64,000 nt of DNA from the human T2T-CHM13v2.0 reference genome, Homo sapiens. The stretch lies in assembly GCA_009914755.4 (NCBI GenBank), contig CP086569.2:16800001-16864000 (forward strand). Reading direction: 5' to 3'. A program made the position numbers and the translations under genes. Shown one piece after another: positions 1 through 14,411 of the stretch (positions are counted from its first letter, which is position 1; every line of letters starts with the position of its first letter). The notes beneath the pieces are model-generated. The model ran no database searches and was not told the origin of the DNA. It was given only the letters and a program-made list of their open reading frames with translations.

Positions 1-1002
1 AGATTGCAAATCACCTAAAGAAAAAATGGTATGTTCTTTCACTTTCTTTTTCTAGTTCAGAGCATACAATATCCCCTAGGTTCTTTATAAGTGTGTATTA
101 ATATTAATAAGTGGCTTTTTTGTACCCTAGAACTAGACAGTTATTAATATTATCAATTCATAACTTAAGAAGAGCTACACTGTGTGTTTCTTTCAAAATG
201 TCACATGTACCTCATAAATATTTACTACCATTATATATTCATAATTGAAAATAAAAATAAAAATAAACAAATAAAAAAGTAAAAACTGCATCACTTATTT
301 AAAAATACTATAACAATTTTCATAACACTTTTATGGTTGGAGGAAGGTAAAACATTTATCTCCACGTAGTTTTGTTTTTTTAAGAAAATGAAACGATCTC
401 AGCATTTGAGACCAAAAGTGCACTGTGTTGGGTGGAAAACAATGAAGCCCTGGAAATATAGAGTCAATTCTTTCTGATCTCTCTGTAGCCTCTACAACTT
501 CAGGAAGACTAGAGCTGGTACAAATGGAAATTTCTCCTTTGGGCTCCAATTTAATCTAGTCATCTCACTAAAATGCAGATGCTTTAAACTTTTGCATAAT
601 CTGAGAACCAAGTTGTCTTTTTCCATGTAGTGAGAACCTTATCCTGACTCACTGAGAACATTGACAATTGAATAGTCATCTGAAATTATACAAAAACATA
701 ATAAATCTGAAGAAAGATGAGGATATATGTATAATTGTCCCGGGCAGAACTAAGAATCACAATTTGTAACTTTACTGACAAACACAAACCCAGGATGGTA
801 CTCTGTAAGCAGTTCTCAGATTATCTGTTTCATTGTTTTGATTCGTTTGTTTCTTTTCTGCAAATAACATGAACCGGTGCTATTTCTGTATTCATTCACT
901 TTGCCCTGTATTACAACATTTTCCCCCAAGGTTTTAATATTTTTCTCTTGGGTCTCAATGATTCTGCAACTTTTACAATGGTATGTATGCTTTTGAAGTC
1001 TT

Positions 1003-1238
1003 AGTTTTGTTTTGTTTTGTTTTGTTTTAGAGGGAGTCTTGTTCCGTCACGCAGGCTGGCTGAAGTGCTATGGTGCTTTCTCAGCTTACTGCAACCACTG
1101 CCTCCCAGGATCAAGCAATCCTCATGCCTCAGTCTCCAGAGTAGTTGGTACTACAAGAGCATGCCATGACACCTGGCTAAAGTTTGTAACTTTAGTACAG
1201 ACGGGGTTTTGCCATGTTGGCCAGGCTGATTTCGAACT
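1003..1238 (-). mobile_element. Alu SINE fragment, antisense. The (GTTTT)n/T-rich tail lies at the low-coordinate side and the element stops inside the left arm (gccaggctgatttcgaact).
   Basis: Reverse-complement Alu consensus blocks are visible: gcaggctgg...cagcttactgcaacc...gcctcagtctccagagtagttggtactacaag...acggggttttgccatgttggccaggctg. Confidence 0.8.
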
Positions 1239-1267
1239 TTTTTTTTTTTACCTTATATCCATCTTTA

Positions 1268-1270
1268 TTA

Positions 1271-1308
<38 letters not shown>
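1268..1308. repeat. (ATT)n / (TTA)n microsatellite, about 13 units
   Basis: A run of attattatt... is seen directly. It is probably the A-rich tail region of the adjacent antisense L1. Confidence 0.9.
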
Positions 1309-1309
<1 letters not shown>

Positions 1310-1310
1310 C

Positions 1311-2280
<970 letters not shown>

Positions 2281-2590
2281 TTATAAGCTCATTAAAATTC
2301 CCTAGAAGATAATCCACAGTATCAACAACCTTCAGTTAATAATATGAATAATATGTAAATAAATTATTATCTGGATTTAACAAAGAAAACTTGCAATGCA
2401 GGAGTAGGTTTATGTTTCCTCTGCATCAGTCATTTGAGAGAAATATCTTTAAATATGAAATTGCAAAACCGAATCCTGTTTGTGTCTTTGTCTTTGATAA
2501 TGTTCAAATATCAAGGCTCATAAGTATGATCTTCAACAAAAAGGAGCATAATGGAAAAAACTGCAATATCTTTTGAAGATTTTTAACTCA

Positions 2591-2668
2591 GGCTGGGCAC
2601 AGTGGCCCATGCCTGTAATCCTAGCAGTTCTGGAGGGCAACCTGGGTGAATCTGCTGAGGTTAGAAGT
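2591..2668 (+). mobile_element. Short Alu-like (FLAM/left-monomer-like) fragment
   Basis: ggctgggcacagtggcccatgcctgtaatcctagcag matches the Alu 5' end, but the match decays after about 80 bp. Confidence 0.5.
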
Positions 2669-3231
2669 TTGAAATCAGTTTCTCTTGTGGTTTGTTTTAT
2701 CCAGGTACCAACTTCCCTCCAAAATCAGCCCGCTTGTATTTACTTTCTTCTGACTTCAGATAGTTGATTTGCGTCTCTTCCCCAGATTTTATTCTTATTA
2801 CCTGAGCATTTGTTGGTGCAGTATTGGCTTCACTGGACACACAGAAGTGAAATTCCTGAACTGAACTTCTACAGAATTTGATACTTAATTAAGCAAAAAT
2901 CAGAGAGTGATGAACTACATGCAAGATAAATATGCCTATCAGAGATTCTGGGGCACATTCGAGTGTGCTCCATGTGCAGTGAAAGAAATATGGTGGCCCA
3001 CTTTGGTTTAATACAAGTGGGAAGGCTGGAAGAAAATCATGCCCTTATAATTGTCAGGGGTAAGTGGCTAGACTGGGTCTTGTCCAACAGCTGAAAATTA
3101 GAGCTGGGAGGTCAGAGGAGCTAACTGTGAATCTTCACAGTACCTATTATGGTCCTGGAGAACAAACACCAAGAATTGTGTCAGAGGAAAGAGATCACAA
3201 TGATAGAGATAGGAAAACTTGAGGACAGATC

Positions 3232-3570
3232 TTTTTTTTTTTTTTTTTGTTTTTTTTTTTGTTTTTTTTTTTGTTTTTTTTTTTTTTTTTGAGACGGAGT
3301 CTCGCTGTCGCCCAGGCTGGAGTGCAGTGGCGCAATCTCGGCTCACTGCAGGCTCCGCCCCCTGGGGTTCACGCCATTCTCCTGCCTCAGCCTCCGGAGT
3401 AGCTGGGACTACAGGCGCCCGCCACCTCGCCTGGCTAATTTTTTGTATTTTTAGTAGAGACAGGGTTTCACCGTGTTAGCCAGGATGGTCTCGATCTCCT
3501 GACCTCGTGATCCGCCCGCCTCGGCCTCCCAAAGTGCTGGGATTACAGGCGTGAGCCACCGCGCCCGGCC
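3232..3570 (-). mobile_element. Full-length young Alu (AluY/AluS-like), antisense, with a long poly-T tail (3232-3290) and flanking target-site duplication
   Basis: There is about 280 bp of near-consensus reverse-complement Alu (gagacggagtctcgctgtcgcccaggctggagtgcagtggcgc ... ggcgtgagccaccgcgcccggcc). The direct repeat aggacagatctttttt is present at 3222-3237 and again at 3572-3587. Confidence 0.93.
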
Positions 3571-4169
3571 CAGGACAGATCTTTTTTAACTAGCATAAGA
3601 ATCAGGAGGTTGTATATTGAGATTGTAAAATGAAGTGAGAGAGCATAAACTGATGAATGGATGAATATAATGTGATAATTTATATAGTGAAATTTTATTT
3701 GGCAACAAAAAGAAAGATGTACCAATGCATGTTACGTCACAGATACATGTTGAAAACATCACGCCAACTGAAAAAGACAGTCAATACAGGCACCCATTGA
3801 ACAAATCCATTTATATAAAAATGGAAGAGACAGAAGAAGAGGCAAATAGCTTTCTCTTCATTTTCTCTTACACTGGCATTTTGCAGAAGAAAATCCCCGC
3901 ATGTTTACTCTTGTCTTGACCTCTGCTTCTCATGGAACATGAGATAGGGTAAGAATCCATCCAACCATCTTGAAGTTTTCATAGCAGCATCTCATGGCAG
4001 TTTCTTCCTCCAGGTGCCATGGCACTATGCCTTCACCCTTCATTTATTTATCTGTCTTTCTTATTTGATTGCAAGATCTTTGAAACCAGAAACATTTTCT
4101 TATTCTTCAAGCCTACTATGCTACGTGACACAGCACTGATGCTTAAAAATTGTGGAAAGAATAAATGAA

Positions 4170-5370
4170 AGAACACAGTCAGATGAAGTTGCATGAGATG
4201 AAATTACCCAAATGCTGGTGAGGATGTGGAAAAAAAAGGGGGGGGACCACTTGTACACTGTTAGTGGGAAAGTAAATTAGTTGGGCCACAATGGAGAGTA
4301 GTCAGGAGGCTTCTCAAAAGACTAAAAAGAGAACTACCGTATGATCTAGTAATCTTACCACCAGGTATACACCCAAAAGAAAGGGAATCAGTATATGGAA
4401 GAGACATCAACAGTCCCGTGTTTACTGCAGCACTACTCACAATAACCAAGGCATGGATTCAGCATAAGTGATCATTAAGAGATGAATGGCTAAAGAAAAT
4501 GAGGTACCTATACACAATGGATAATGGCTGACAGGAAGCAGGACTGGATTGCAGCTCTCAACAGAGCAGCATGCAGAGGCTTGCATTGTGAGTTTTAGCT
4601 GCAGATCAACTGCAAGAAGAAACCAGCAATCCTGAGAGGACCTACACACCTTCTGAAGGAAGTGGACTGCTTTTGCAGGACTGGGGAGACAACTCAAATA
4701 CTGTGAGTGCCCCAACTGTGGAAGTGGCAAAGGTAGATCCTCCTCTCCTGAACACACACCTCCCCTGGAGAAGCTGAATGTCTCTTTGCAGGAGAGGTTT
4801 CTGACTTCACCTGGTGTTGAGTCAAGTTAGGGAGCCAAGTGAAATACAGGGCTAGAGGAAGCAGCGGAAAGGTCCTGGGAGCTTGCTGGGTCCCCAAGCA
4901 GCCCATTCTTGCTTGGCACCACATATACTCAATGAAATTTATCCAGCCATAAAAAAGAAAAAAATCCTCTCATTGACAAGAACATGGATGGAACTGGAGG
5001 ACATTATGTAAAGTGAAATAAGCCAGGCACAGAAAGACAAATTTTGCATGTTCTCACTCATATGTGGGAGCTATTTTTTTTAAATTGAACTCATGGAAAT
5101 AGAGAGTAGAATCATGGTTGCCAGAGGCTGAGAAAGGGAGTGATGCAGAAGGGAGGATAAAATGGGGGTGGTTGACGGGTGCAAAAATAGCAGTTAGATA
5201 GAAGGAATAAAATCTAGTGTTCAGTAGCACAGTATGGTGACTATAGTTAATCACTGTTGTATATTTCAAAATAACTAAAAGAGTAGAATCAGGAAAATAT
5301 CACATGTACTTCATAAACATATACAATGTCCATACAATATATACAATGCCTATAATAGTTAAAAATTTAA
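4170..5370 (+). mobile_element. Older L1 (L1PB/L1MA-like) 3' portion, sense: ORF2 C-terminus plus 3'UTR, interrupted by an approximately 400-bp non-L1 segment at 4524-4920
   Basis: ccacttgtacactgttagtgggaaagtaaattagttgggccacaatggagagtag ... ccaccaggtatacacccaaaagaa matches the old-L1 ORF2 end. 4921-5370 matches the L1MA/PB 3'UTR (gcatgttctcactcatatgtgggagct ... cagtagcacagtatggtgactatagttaat ... tatttcaaaat). Confidence 0.8.
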
Positions 5371-6834
5371 AATTATGACAAAAACAGCAAATTATAATAT
5401 CTGATTAATTTCAGAGCCAACTGTCTCTCTCTATACATCACTGTATACCCCCTAAAAATTCAGATTCAAGGTATGCTCTCTATTTTTATGTCCTTTGTGT
5501 CATTCTCAGTTAGTGGCCTCTGCAGATACTGCAATGCTTCTCATTATATGCCACTCTTTGTGTGTGTGGCTGCTTAAACCACTTAAGGCCTTTTTTTTTT
5601 TTTTTTTTTTAATGTGATTTGAGAGTGAAACATGAAGTGTACTATATCAGCTTCGCTACTCCTCTTTTCTCATGGAGAGAATAGCTTAATAAAATAAGAC
5701 ATGCATTCTAAGTGGGTGATATCTTTTAGGAATGCCACAAATGCAGTAACAGGAAAATTAGGAACCAAATTGCTATTGCAATTCTAGTCAATATTTTCCA
5801 AATATTAGTGGGCATGTAGTACCCTTGGAAATCTACATTAGGGGAAATAATAACTAAAATACTAGTCGTAGACATAATTTGCTACATAAAATGAATTTTT
5901 TTTGCAATAAAGAATGAATCATAATTTGCCCTAGGTAATCCATGAATAGTGTTAAGGAAATGTAACTTCTGCTAACTATATTAGATAATTTACCTCCAGC
6001 TCCTATATTCCTAGTACCTAGATTCAGGAGAATGTGGTTGTACAGTAAAACGTACCTGTACTCCTTTATGAAATAAAATACATTGGATCAATCCCTATAA
6101 TGACTATGCTGTGTGGCTCAAAGTTTTTGTGATCATCATAGAGTGAAATATGGCTCATTTCAAATACTATTAACTTCTCTAATAAATGTACATATTCAGT
6201 GTGTTTTAAGCATAAATTTTGCTTCTAGTTATTTCAATGTGGCTGACAAGGTCATAGCAGTTTTAAAAAATTATAATGAAAGAAATTTCCATCTTGAACT
6301 ATATTCACACAGTGTCAGATTATAGAAAATTGAGCTCATAATGAGACACTCTCTCTTTTTTTATAAACCAGTGTTGTTGGTTTTGTGGGCATATATATTA
6401 GAAACGAGTATTCTTTTGTGGGTTATAGATAATGATATCTTTAATCCCAAAGTCTCTGTCAGCTGAAAGATTCCAAAATGTGCTTTCATAATATAGAGCC
6501 ATTTTTTCATATGGAACCAAAAACTAAATGGCAAAAACATGTTTTTCGTATGATAACCTTAAGAATCATTTACATTATAAAATATTTTTTATTCAAGACC
6601 CAAGAAGCAATGCCATCTGATCAATTGTGTGTCTTTGGCATTAGGCTTTATTTGCCATGTAGTCTAAGAAACATTATCATGACTTTGCCAGATCATTATA
6701 GCTACCAGACAATGATCAATTTTTTTTTTTCCAAAATAAGGTCAAATCTCACATATTTCATAAGTTTTAGAATTCCATTTTTAAAAACAACACAGATGTC
6801 ATGAATATAAACAATTTGCCTTCCAATAGCAATT

Positions 6835-7283
<449 letters not shown>

Positions 7284-8532
7284 CCTGCTATTAAATGAAG
7301 AGCAAAATGTTATTCCTGAGTGAACACCATAGCACATTGCAAATGCCTCTATTTCGTAGTTTCTAAAATTTCTTCTTTTAGCTTTTTATCAAGAAGCTTC
7401 AGGCATTATCTTACCCAGGGAAATGTCCAGAAATTGCTTACTTTCTTGGAAAACAGAAGAAACATTTTTTTGTTTTGTTTTGTTTTTGTTTTTCCAACTG
7501 ACGAATTTTCTGAGTACAAATGTGGAGTAACCCTCTGTGTTGTAACCTTTCTCATATCATGACCACCTCATAATAATTTAACCCTCCAAATAGTCATCTC
7601 TTTTCAGATGCATGAAGGCAGGAAATAAAGAGACGGAGGACAAAAAGGTAGATCAGGAAGAAATGGGGGAAAAATCAATAAGCCAAACTCAAGCAAACTT
7701 TCAGTAATAACAAATAATGATTATCAATTAGCAAAAGCAGTTATGTGTGTGCTAAAAGTGGAACATAAGTAACATGATATTTTATTTGAAGAGACATCAT
7801 GCTTTTTAGAATGTCTAATAATTATGTTGTTCCCATAATTCACACCTAACCGTGCAATTACTTTTCTGTAAGGTACAGATAACCTCCTGTAAATCTGTAA
7901 TAGTGAACCGATATTGGGCATTTTCTCCACACATGCCAATTCATATATTTAAGTTAAGCTTCTTATAAGAAAATAATACTGTACTTTTTTCTAAAATTAC
8001 TTTTTCATCACTAATGATTTTGAATTTAGTACCATTTTTTCCTAATGACATTCAAGTTAACCTGTTTTGACCAATTATTTTATCCTTCAATGGATAGTCA
8101 TTTTAATTTTGTTCCTTTAATTCTATGTTTAACATATATTGGTGGAAGAGGAGGTAGGGTCTTGCCATTGTATAATCATTGAACTTCCGTATACTAGTTA
8201 ATGGTTAAATATGTAGCTACAAGATTTAGTGACATATTAGAAGCAAAAAAGCAATTTAAATTATAATATCCATACTTTAAAATAACAATTACAGGACCAT
8301 ATGAATATATCTAACCTATTTCCCAATGAATAGTGAGAAAGTAGCGTTAACAAAAAATAATATAAATATTTAGAATACAGAGTACAGCAAAATAAGGAGA
8401 CAGTATTATAAATAGATCTTTACAAATCATATACCTTTGAGTTGCACAATTTGATGCTTTCCTATGTGTATATATTGTGAAATATTACCACAATAAATTT
8501 ACTTGACACATCTATCACCTCACATAGTTAGC

Positions 8533-8563
8533 ATGTGTGTGTGTGTGTGTGTATGTGTGTATG
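8533..8563. repeat. (GT)n microsatellite
   Basis: gtgtgtgtgtgtgtgtgtgtatgtgtgtatgg. Confidence 0.9.
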
Positions 8564-9189
8564 GGTAGTGAGGACACTTAAGACCTACTGTTTTAGTGCA
8601 TTTCAAGCATACAATACAGTATTGATAACTATCATCACCATACTGTACACTGGTTCTCCAGAACCTGTTTATCTTTCATCATAACTAAAAGTTTGTACTG
8701 TTTGACAATCATCTCCCCAATTTTTCCACACCTCAGTCCTGGTAACCATTGTCCTACCTTCTGCTTTTATGTGGTCAACTTTTAAAATTCAACACATCAG
8801 TGAGATCATGCAGTATTTATCTTCCTCTGCCTGACTTATTTAGATTAGCTAACGCCTAGTTGTAAATGACAGGATTTTTACTAAAAGTGCTAGAATCTCC
8901 TTTGATAAGCCAGTTTGAGGTGTAAATGAAAATGTGTCGATTGCCTTCCTATGAGACACATGGATTCCAACTGGGATAATATGTGATGATGGTGAAACAA
9001 TAGAGCTATTATTGCTATAGAAATTAAGGAAATTGGAATTGAACATGATGACTTCCCTTTGCCTTGCATAGAGACAGACCTTCCTATGTGACCCACCCTC
9101 AGGTAAAAAAGTTAACCATGGAAGTCTGCTAATATCTGAACTCTGCTTTTATACTGAATATAGGATGTCTGCCTATTGGTCATTACACT

Positions 9190-9602
9190 ATCATTATTGT
9201 CATCATCACTCCCCCTATTGCCATCATATTACCATCATCCCCATCATCATCATCATCACCATCACTATCGTCATCATCACAATCATCATTACCAACATTG
9301 CCATCACCATCAGAAACATCATTACCCTCATTGCCATCACCATCATCACCAACATCATTACCGTCGTCTTCATCATTATCATCCCTGTCACCAACTTCAC
9401 CATCACCATTATCATCACAATCATCACCATCACCAAAATCATCACCATCATTATCATCACCATTATCATCATCATTGCCATTACCATCATCATCATCACC
9501 ACCATCACCATGATCACCACCACAATCATCATCACCGTCATCATCACAATCATCTTCATCACCATCACCATCATCACCATCTACATCACAATCATCATTA
9601 CC
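9190..9602. repeat. Long imperfect trinucleotide tract, (CAT)n/(CAC)n/(ATC)n mixture, about 410 bp
   Basis: ccatcatcatcatcatcaccatcactatcgtcatcatcacaatcatcattacc... continues with period 3 for about 135 units with frequent single-base variants. Confidence 0.9.
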
Positions 9603-11685
9603 ACTTGTGTATCTTTTACTGTTGACCAAGTACTTTCCTATGTTTTCTTACTTGAAATGAATTTTATGAATTTCTGTCTTCAGGAAATCGTCTGCAAAAT
9701 GAATAGACAAGTTGAAACTGAAACACAAGCCATGAACAAGAGTTAAGTGCTTAAATATCTTGCAGTAAACAGTACTTAAGTCCTTGATATGCTACAGAAA
9801 AATGCTGGAAAGGGCAGATGAAGCATGTTAGCATTGGAAAAAAAAGCTAGAGCTATCAGAAGTAAACTTCTTGGAGAAGTAGACCCTGAGATCCATTCAC
9901 CGATCCAGAAAATAATTTTTGAGTGCCTGTTTTATTTTGTGCAGTAGTTGTGAGGGGCTGCAAAGATACGTGAGTAAAAAGCTTCATCTACAAGAGAAAC
10001 ATGCAAGCTAATGAGGAAGAAAGATAAGCAAATAATGTGATTATAGTCTTACCCAGGCTTCCCTTAACAGTGGTGGGAAAAGCTTGTGGGTGGATAATTT
10101 AGGTAAGAATGTAGTTCCAGAAAGAAGGCGTCTAGAACAAAGGAAATAAAATAGAGAACACCCAGTACAATGATGCTTCATTGACTCATCCACCTCCAGA
10201 ATAGCACATGTTCAATCCTGTCAGGGACCTTCTGAAAAGCCTCTGAAATACACCTTAAAATTGTCTATCTGAGACATCAAAGGGGTAAACCACTTATTTT
10301 ACAGCTCCTGATAGGCAGTGGCCAAGGGTGGCGCCATTGGCGCTATGATCTGTGGCTGCCCGTGAGTGGTGGGCTTTGTGGATGTCTTATGCTATGTCAG
10401 AGAAACCCTAAGCCAAGCAGCATGGAAGACTGTTGTCCAGTTATACTCGGATAAAGCACCACACAGAAGTGACAGTGTAAGTGTTGGAGAAGAAAGGATA
10501 TTGAGGAACATAAAAGATGTCAATACAACAACTCTACAAAAGTCTTCCTTCCATACCCTAATAATAGCAAAATCTAAAACAAATGTATATGCTTTGATAG
10601 AGCAAATAACTCTCACATTTATTTAATAAATTTTGAAATTTAGTTTCATTTTGCCTTGACAGGTGACCACACAATAACTACTAATTCTCTAAGATAAGAA
10701 TATTTTCTCTAGCTTTCTAAGAATTGGAATGTTATGAAATTAACCATTCATTTTGTTTGTGTACTCTACAGTTTACTTTCAAAATAAGCAAATCTGTGAC
10801 ATATGCCCTTACAACGTTTCATACCAATTCTTAAATAAAATATAATTTGAGTTTCGCAGTGAAGTTTTATATACATTTTTAAATAATAATTTGAGTTTCA
10901 CAACACTGAAGTGAGAATTTTTAGTGTTTTCTAAGATAAGTATTCTTTACTTCTTAAAACATCACCTTTATATTTCAACTCAGAAACATGTCTTTAAATA
11001 ATATAAGATTATCTTGCAGGGAGAAATATGTTCTACATTTTGTAGGAAGGTAGCACCTGAAATACATTCTCCAAAAAGGAAGGAAGAAAGGACTGACAAG
11101 AGAAAGTGGTTATTCCGTGAATATGGTACATCTTGGATTGAGGATTGATATTCGGTGAATGATGGCTGGCCCCGTAGGTCTATACAAAGCCAACTTCTGT
11201 GAAAAACAGTGTTGATGCTTCAACAGTGATTCCTATTCTTGGCTCCACATTAGAATGACCCAAGGAGCTCTTTGTGTAAAATGCTGATGTAAAGGACACC
11301 TCCTTAAAGCAATAAAACCGATGCTGACCTTGATTTACAATGTGCAGCTATAGTTGAGAGCCACTTGCCTAGAGGAGATCTTCTCAATCTTAATTCTGCA
11401 TGGAACTTCATTGTATTTCTCACATATATCACATGTTCATGGGGGAAAAAATGAAAAAGAATTGTGAACTATAAAGTACTCCACATTTTACATACAAAAA
11501 CATCCTGAATATATGTTGAGGTTAGCAGGAAGAAATCATCTCTTACTCCTTAAGATTGGAATCTACAGAGGGAAGAATACCTTATGTCTTAAAAATAATA
11601 TTTTGGACACATAGCAAATTTCAAATCCAGCTTTATTTTTTGAAGAATTAAATGGGGGTCACAATATTTTTCCAGTAAACATTCC

Positions 11686-11687
<2 letters not shown>

Positions 11688-11746
<59 letters not shown>
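11688..11746. repeat. (TA)n followed by (CA)n compound microsatellite
   Basis: atatatatat...atacacacacacacaca. Confidence 0.9.
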
Positions 11747-12189
11747 TTAGCTGTGGTCAGAGTGATGACATGAGACTTTCTAAATACACAGCTCACGCAC
11801 TGTACCGCTGGGGTAATTGGCCATTTATCTCATCGCATAATAGAAAATGCTCAGACATAAACCCATTATTATCCAAAAGGTATAATTGCTATTGAAGGCC
11901 CATGAAGAATCCACTCAGAGAGCAAAAACAGTCTGATCTTAATAGTGTGTACATAACACAGCCTACAGGCAGATTTCAAATTACCCCCGTGAAATCCCAA
12001 CAAATTAAGAAAGAAGCATTCAGAATTACATAGTGAAACTTTCCTGTGTGGAAAGAAAGACTTGTAGGTTCTGATTCTTACCATTACCAGGAAGGGCATA
12101 GACTTGGGGTTGGGGAACAAAATTGACAGCCTGAGTTTAGGATTCTGTCAGACACAGGTGCTTTGTGGCATTTTGTGAGAAAGGAAGAT

Positions 12190-12296
12190 TAGTTTGCTTT
12201 CAAAAGACTCTGTTTACTTTCCAAAGACTCAGTTTGCTTTCGAAAGACTCAGTTTGCTTTCGAAAGAACTGAGCTCAGTTTGCTTTCAAAAGAACT
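12190..12296. repeat. Minisatellite, about 20-bp unit (agtttgctttcgaaagactc) x ~5 with variants
   Basis: The tandem copies agtttgctttcaaaagactct / gtttactttccaaagactc / agtttgctttcgaaagactc / agtttgctttcgaaagaactgagctc / agtttgctttcaaaagaactg are read directly. Confidence 0.85.
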
Positions 12297-13540
12297 GCTT
12301 TCTGAATTCCTATACACCACCCATTTATGAATTATCTATCACTAGATTTTTATCAAAATCTGACAACTTGTTGAAATGTTGTATTTCCTGGTGAGAACAC
12401 TTCTTTGTATAAGAAATTGGAGAGTTTTCTCCACTTATATAAAAATGGCACTCCTTTTAGTTGTCCCAACATAATGTCTTTCTCATTTAGTAAGCAAGGT
12501 ATTAGACCTTATTAGTTATTGATTATTAGAGAACAAAGTATTTCAAAAGTTAGTGACTTAGAACAACACAAGTGTGTCGTCTCACAATGTCTCTGGTTAG
12601 GAACCTGGGCACAGGTTAACTGGGTTCTCTGACCATAATCATGTTAAGGCTTAACAGGAAAATATTCCACTTTCAGCTCTTGCAGTTGCTGGCAGAATTC
12701 AGATTTGATTTCTTTTAGGTTGGTGGGCTAATGGATAGGTTGATGGACTTGATGACAGTTTGACAGAGGTCTCTATTTGTTCTTTGCTGTGCTAGCTTCT
12801 GACACATGGCAGCATGCATCATGAAAGTGTTTAAGTCAAAAAAGTAGTAGAGGTTGCCTGCTACCAAGAGAGTGGCTACATACCTTTCAGACCCAATCAT
12901 GAAAGTAGCAGTTCATCATTTTTTGTATGTCATTTATTAGAAGGAAGTCTTTAGGTCCTATCCACACACAAAGAGGGAATTATAACATGGGTGTGACAGT
13001 TCAGGAGGTGGCGTTGTTAGGAGTTCTCTCAGAAGCAGCTGAGCCCTTAAACCTGCCACATAAGAATGAAAAGGTATTCAAAGAGATAATGAGTCCCAGG
13101 CATTGTACACACTTCTGAGTAGAGAATAACCAATCAATCAATACAGCATACTGGACCAATATCCATTGCGTTTTTTAATAGTTCTTTCTCAGTGTTACAG
13201 GGTAGGTTTAAGCAAAGTTATTTTAAAAATACTGGAAAATTATTTCCGCTGCTTTTCTTATCCTTTCACATGATATAATACTCCATATGGCAATTAGATT
13301 TACTTACACCTCTTAAAAAGTTTTGCTGTTAATAGAATAACAGAAACAAAATAATTTTGTTTTGTTTGTTAAACTTCCAGGAATGATAAATCCATATCAA
13401 ACTGTATGAGATAAAGTTTCATAATGGAAGAGAGAAAGTTTCGTAGTGGAAGAACTGTACAGTTCTTTGCTGCCTGTATTTTTAAATTAAACTTAGATTT
13501 TTAATAAGATATTCTGATTATTTAAAAGATGTTCAGCTCT

Positions 13541-13846
13541 GGTGGCTCATTGGGCATGGTGGCTCATGCCTGCAATCCCAGCATGTTAGGAGGCCGAGGT
13601 GGGCAGATTTCTTGGGCCCAGGAGTTCAAGGCCAGCCTGGAGAACATGGAAAAACTCCATCTTTACTAAAAATACACAAATCAGCTGCACATGGTGGCAT
13701 GTGCCTGTGGTCCCAGTGGCTTGGGAGGCTGAGGAAGGAGGATTACCTGAGCCTGTGCAGTTGAGGCTGCAGGGAGCCAACATCATGCCACTGTGCTACA
13801 GCATGGACATCAGAGTGACACACTGTCTCAAACAAACAAACAAAAA
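13541..13846 (+). mobile_element. Alu (older AluJ/S-like), sense, with an A/CAAA-rich tail
   Basis: ggtggctcatgcctgcaatcccagca...ggaggccgaggtgggcag...gagttcaaggccagcctgg...aaaaatacacaaatcagctg...gcctgtggtcccag...gaggctgcagggagcc...ctgtctcaaacaaacaaacaaaaa. Confidence 0.88.
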
Positions 13847-14411
13847 TATGGTCACAATAGAAAATATCAAAATGTATAGAGGCAAACAAACTTCTACAAC
13901 AGAAAACAAAATCACTGTGTACATTTTTAACAAATTTGTTGAGATATAATTCCCACACCACACAATTAACCTGCATAAAGTCCACATTTAGTGGTTTTAA
14001 ATGAATTCATGGAATTGTGCCACCATCAACACAACCAATATTAGTCCACTTACATTTTAACATACAAACCCCTATCTTTTTGGCCCATGCATTCGTATAT
14101 ATATATATATATTAGCTTTACATAATATATTATGAGCATTTCTCATATTCATGAATGTTCTACAAGAGTATGATTTACAATAAGTACACAGTAATTAAAA
14201 AAAGAAATCTTACTTCTTTGATTATTTATTCTCTGCCAAACACTTTATTGAGTAATGGATTGTGCCATTTAGTCTTCACAATAATCTTATGAAATAGGTA
14301 CTGTAATTTTTAAAGAATTGGAGATATTATAGAAGGCTAAATTTCTGGACCACAGTGACATGCTCAGGAAGTAAGTGGGTGGGTGGGATAAAGGGGTCTA
14401 ACTCATCTTTC

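Noticed and set aside
9165-9746. ORFs of 149 aa (His-rich), 148 aa (Asp/Gly-rich), 193 aa (Ile/Thr-rich) and 118 aa (Met/Val-rich), which could be read as unusual low-complexity proteins
   Set aside because: All are different reading frames of the same (CAT/CAC)n trinucleotide tract. They reflect repeat periodicity and are not coding sequence.
10320-10380. Locally GC-rich patch (ggccaagggtggcgccattggcgctatgatctgtggctgcccgtgagtggtggg) considered as a CpG-island or promoter fragment
   Set aside because: It has only a few CpGs over about 60 bp and is isolated. This is far below CpG-island criteria.
12190-12296. Tandem direct repeats of about 20 bp considered as a possible CRISPR array
   Set aside because: The sequence is primate nuclear DNA. 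The units are contiguous with no spacers, there are no cas genes, and the array is a simple minisatellite.
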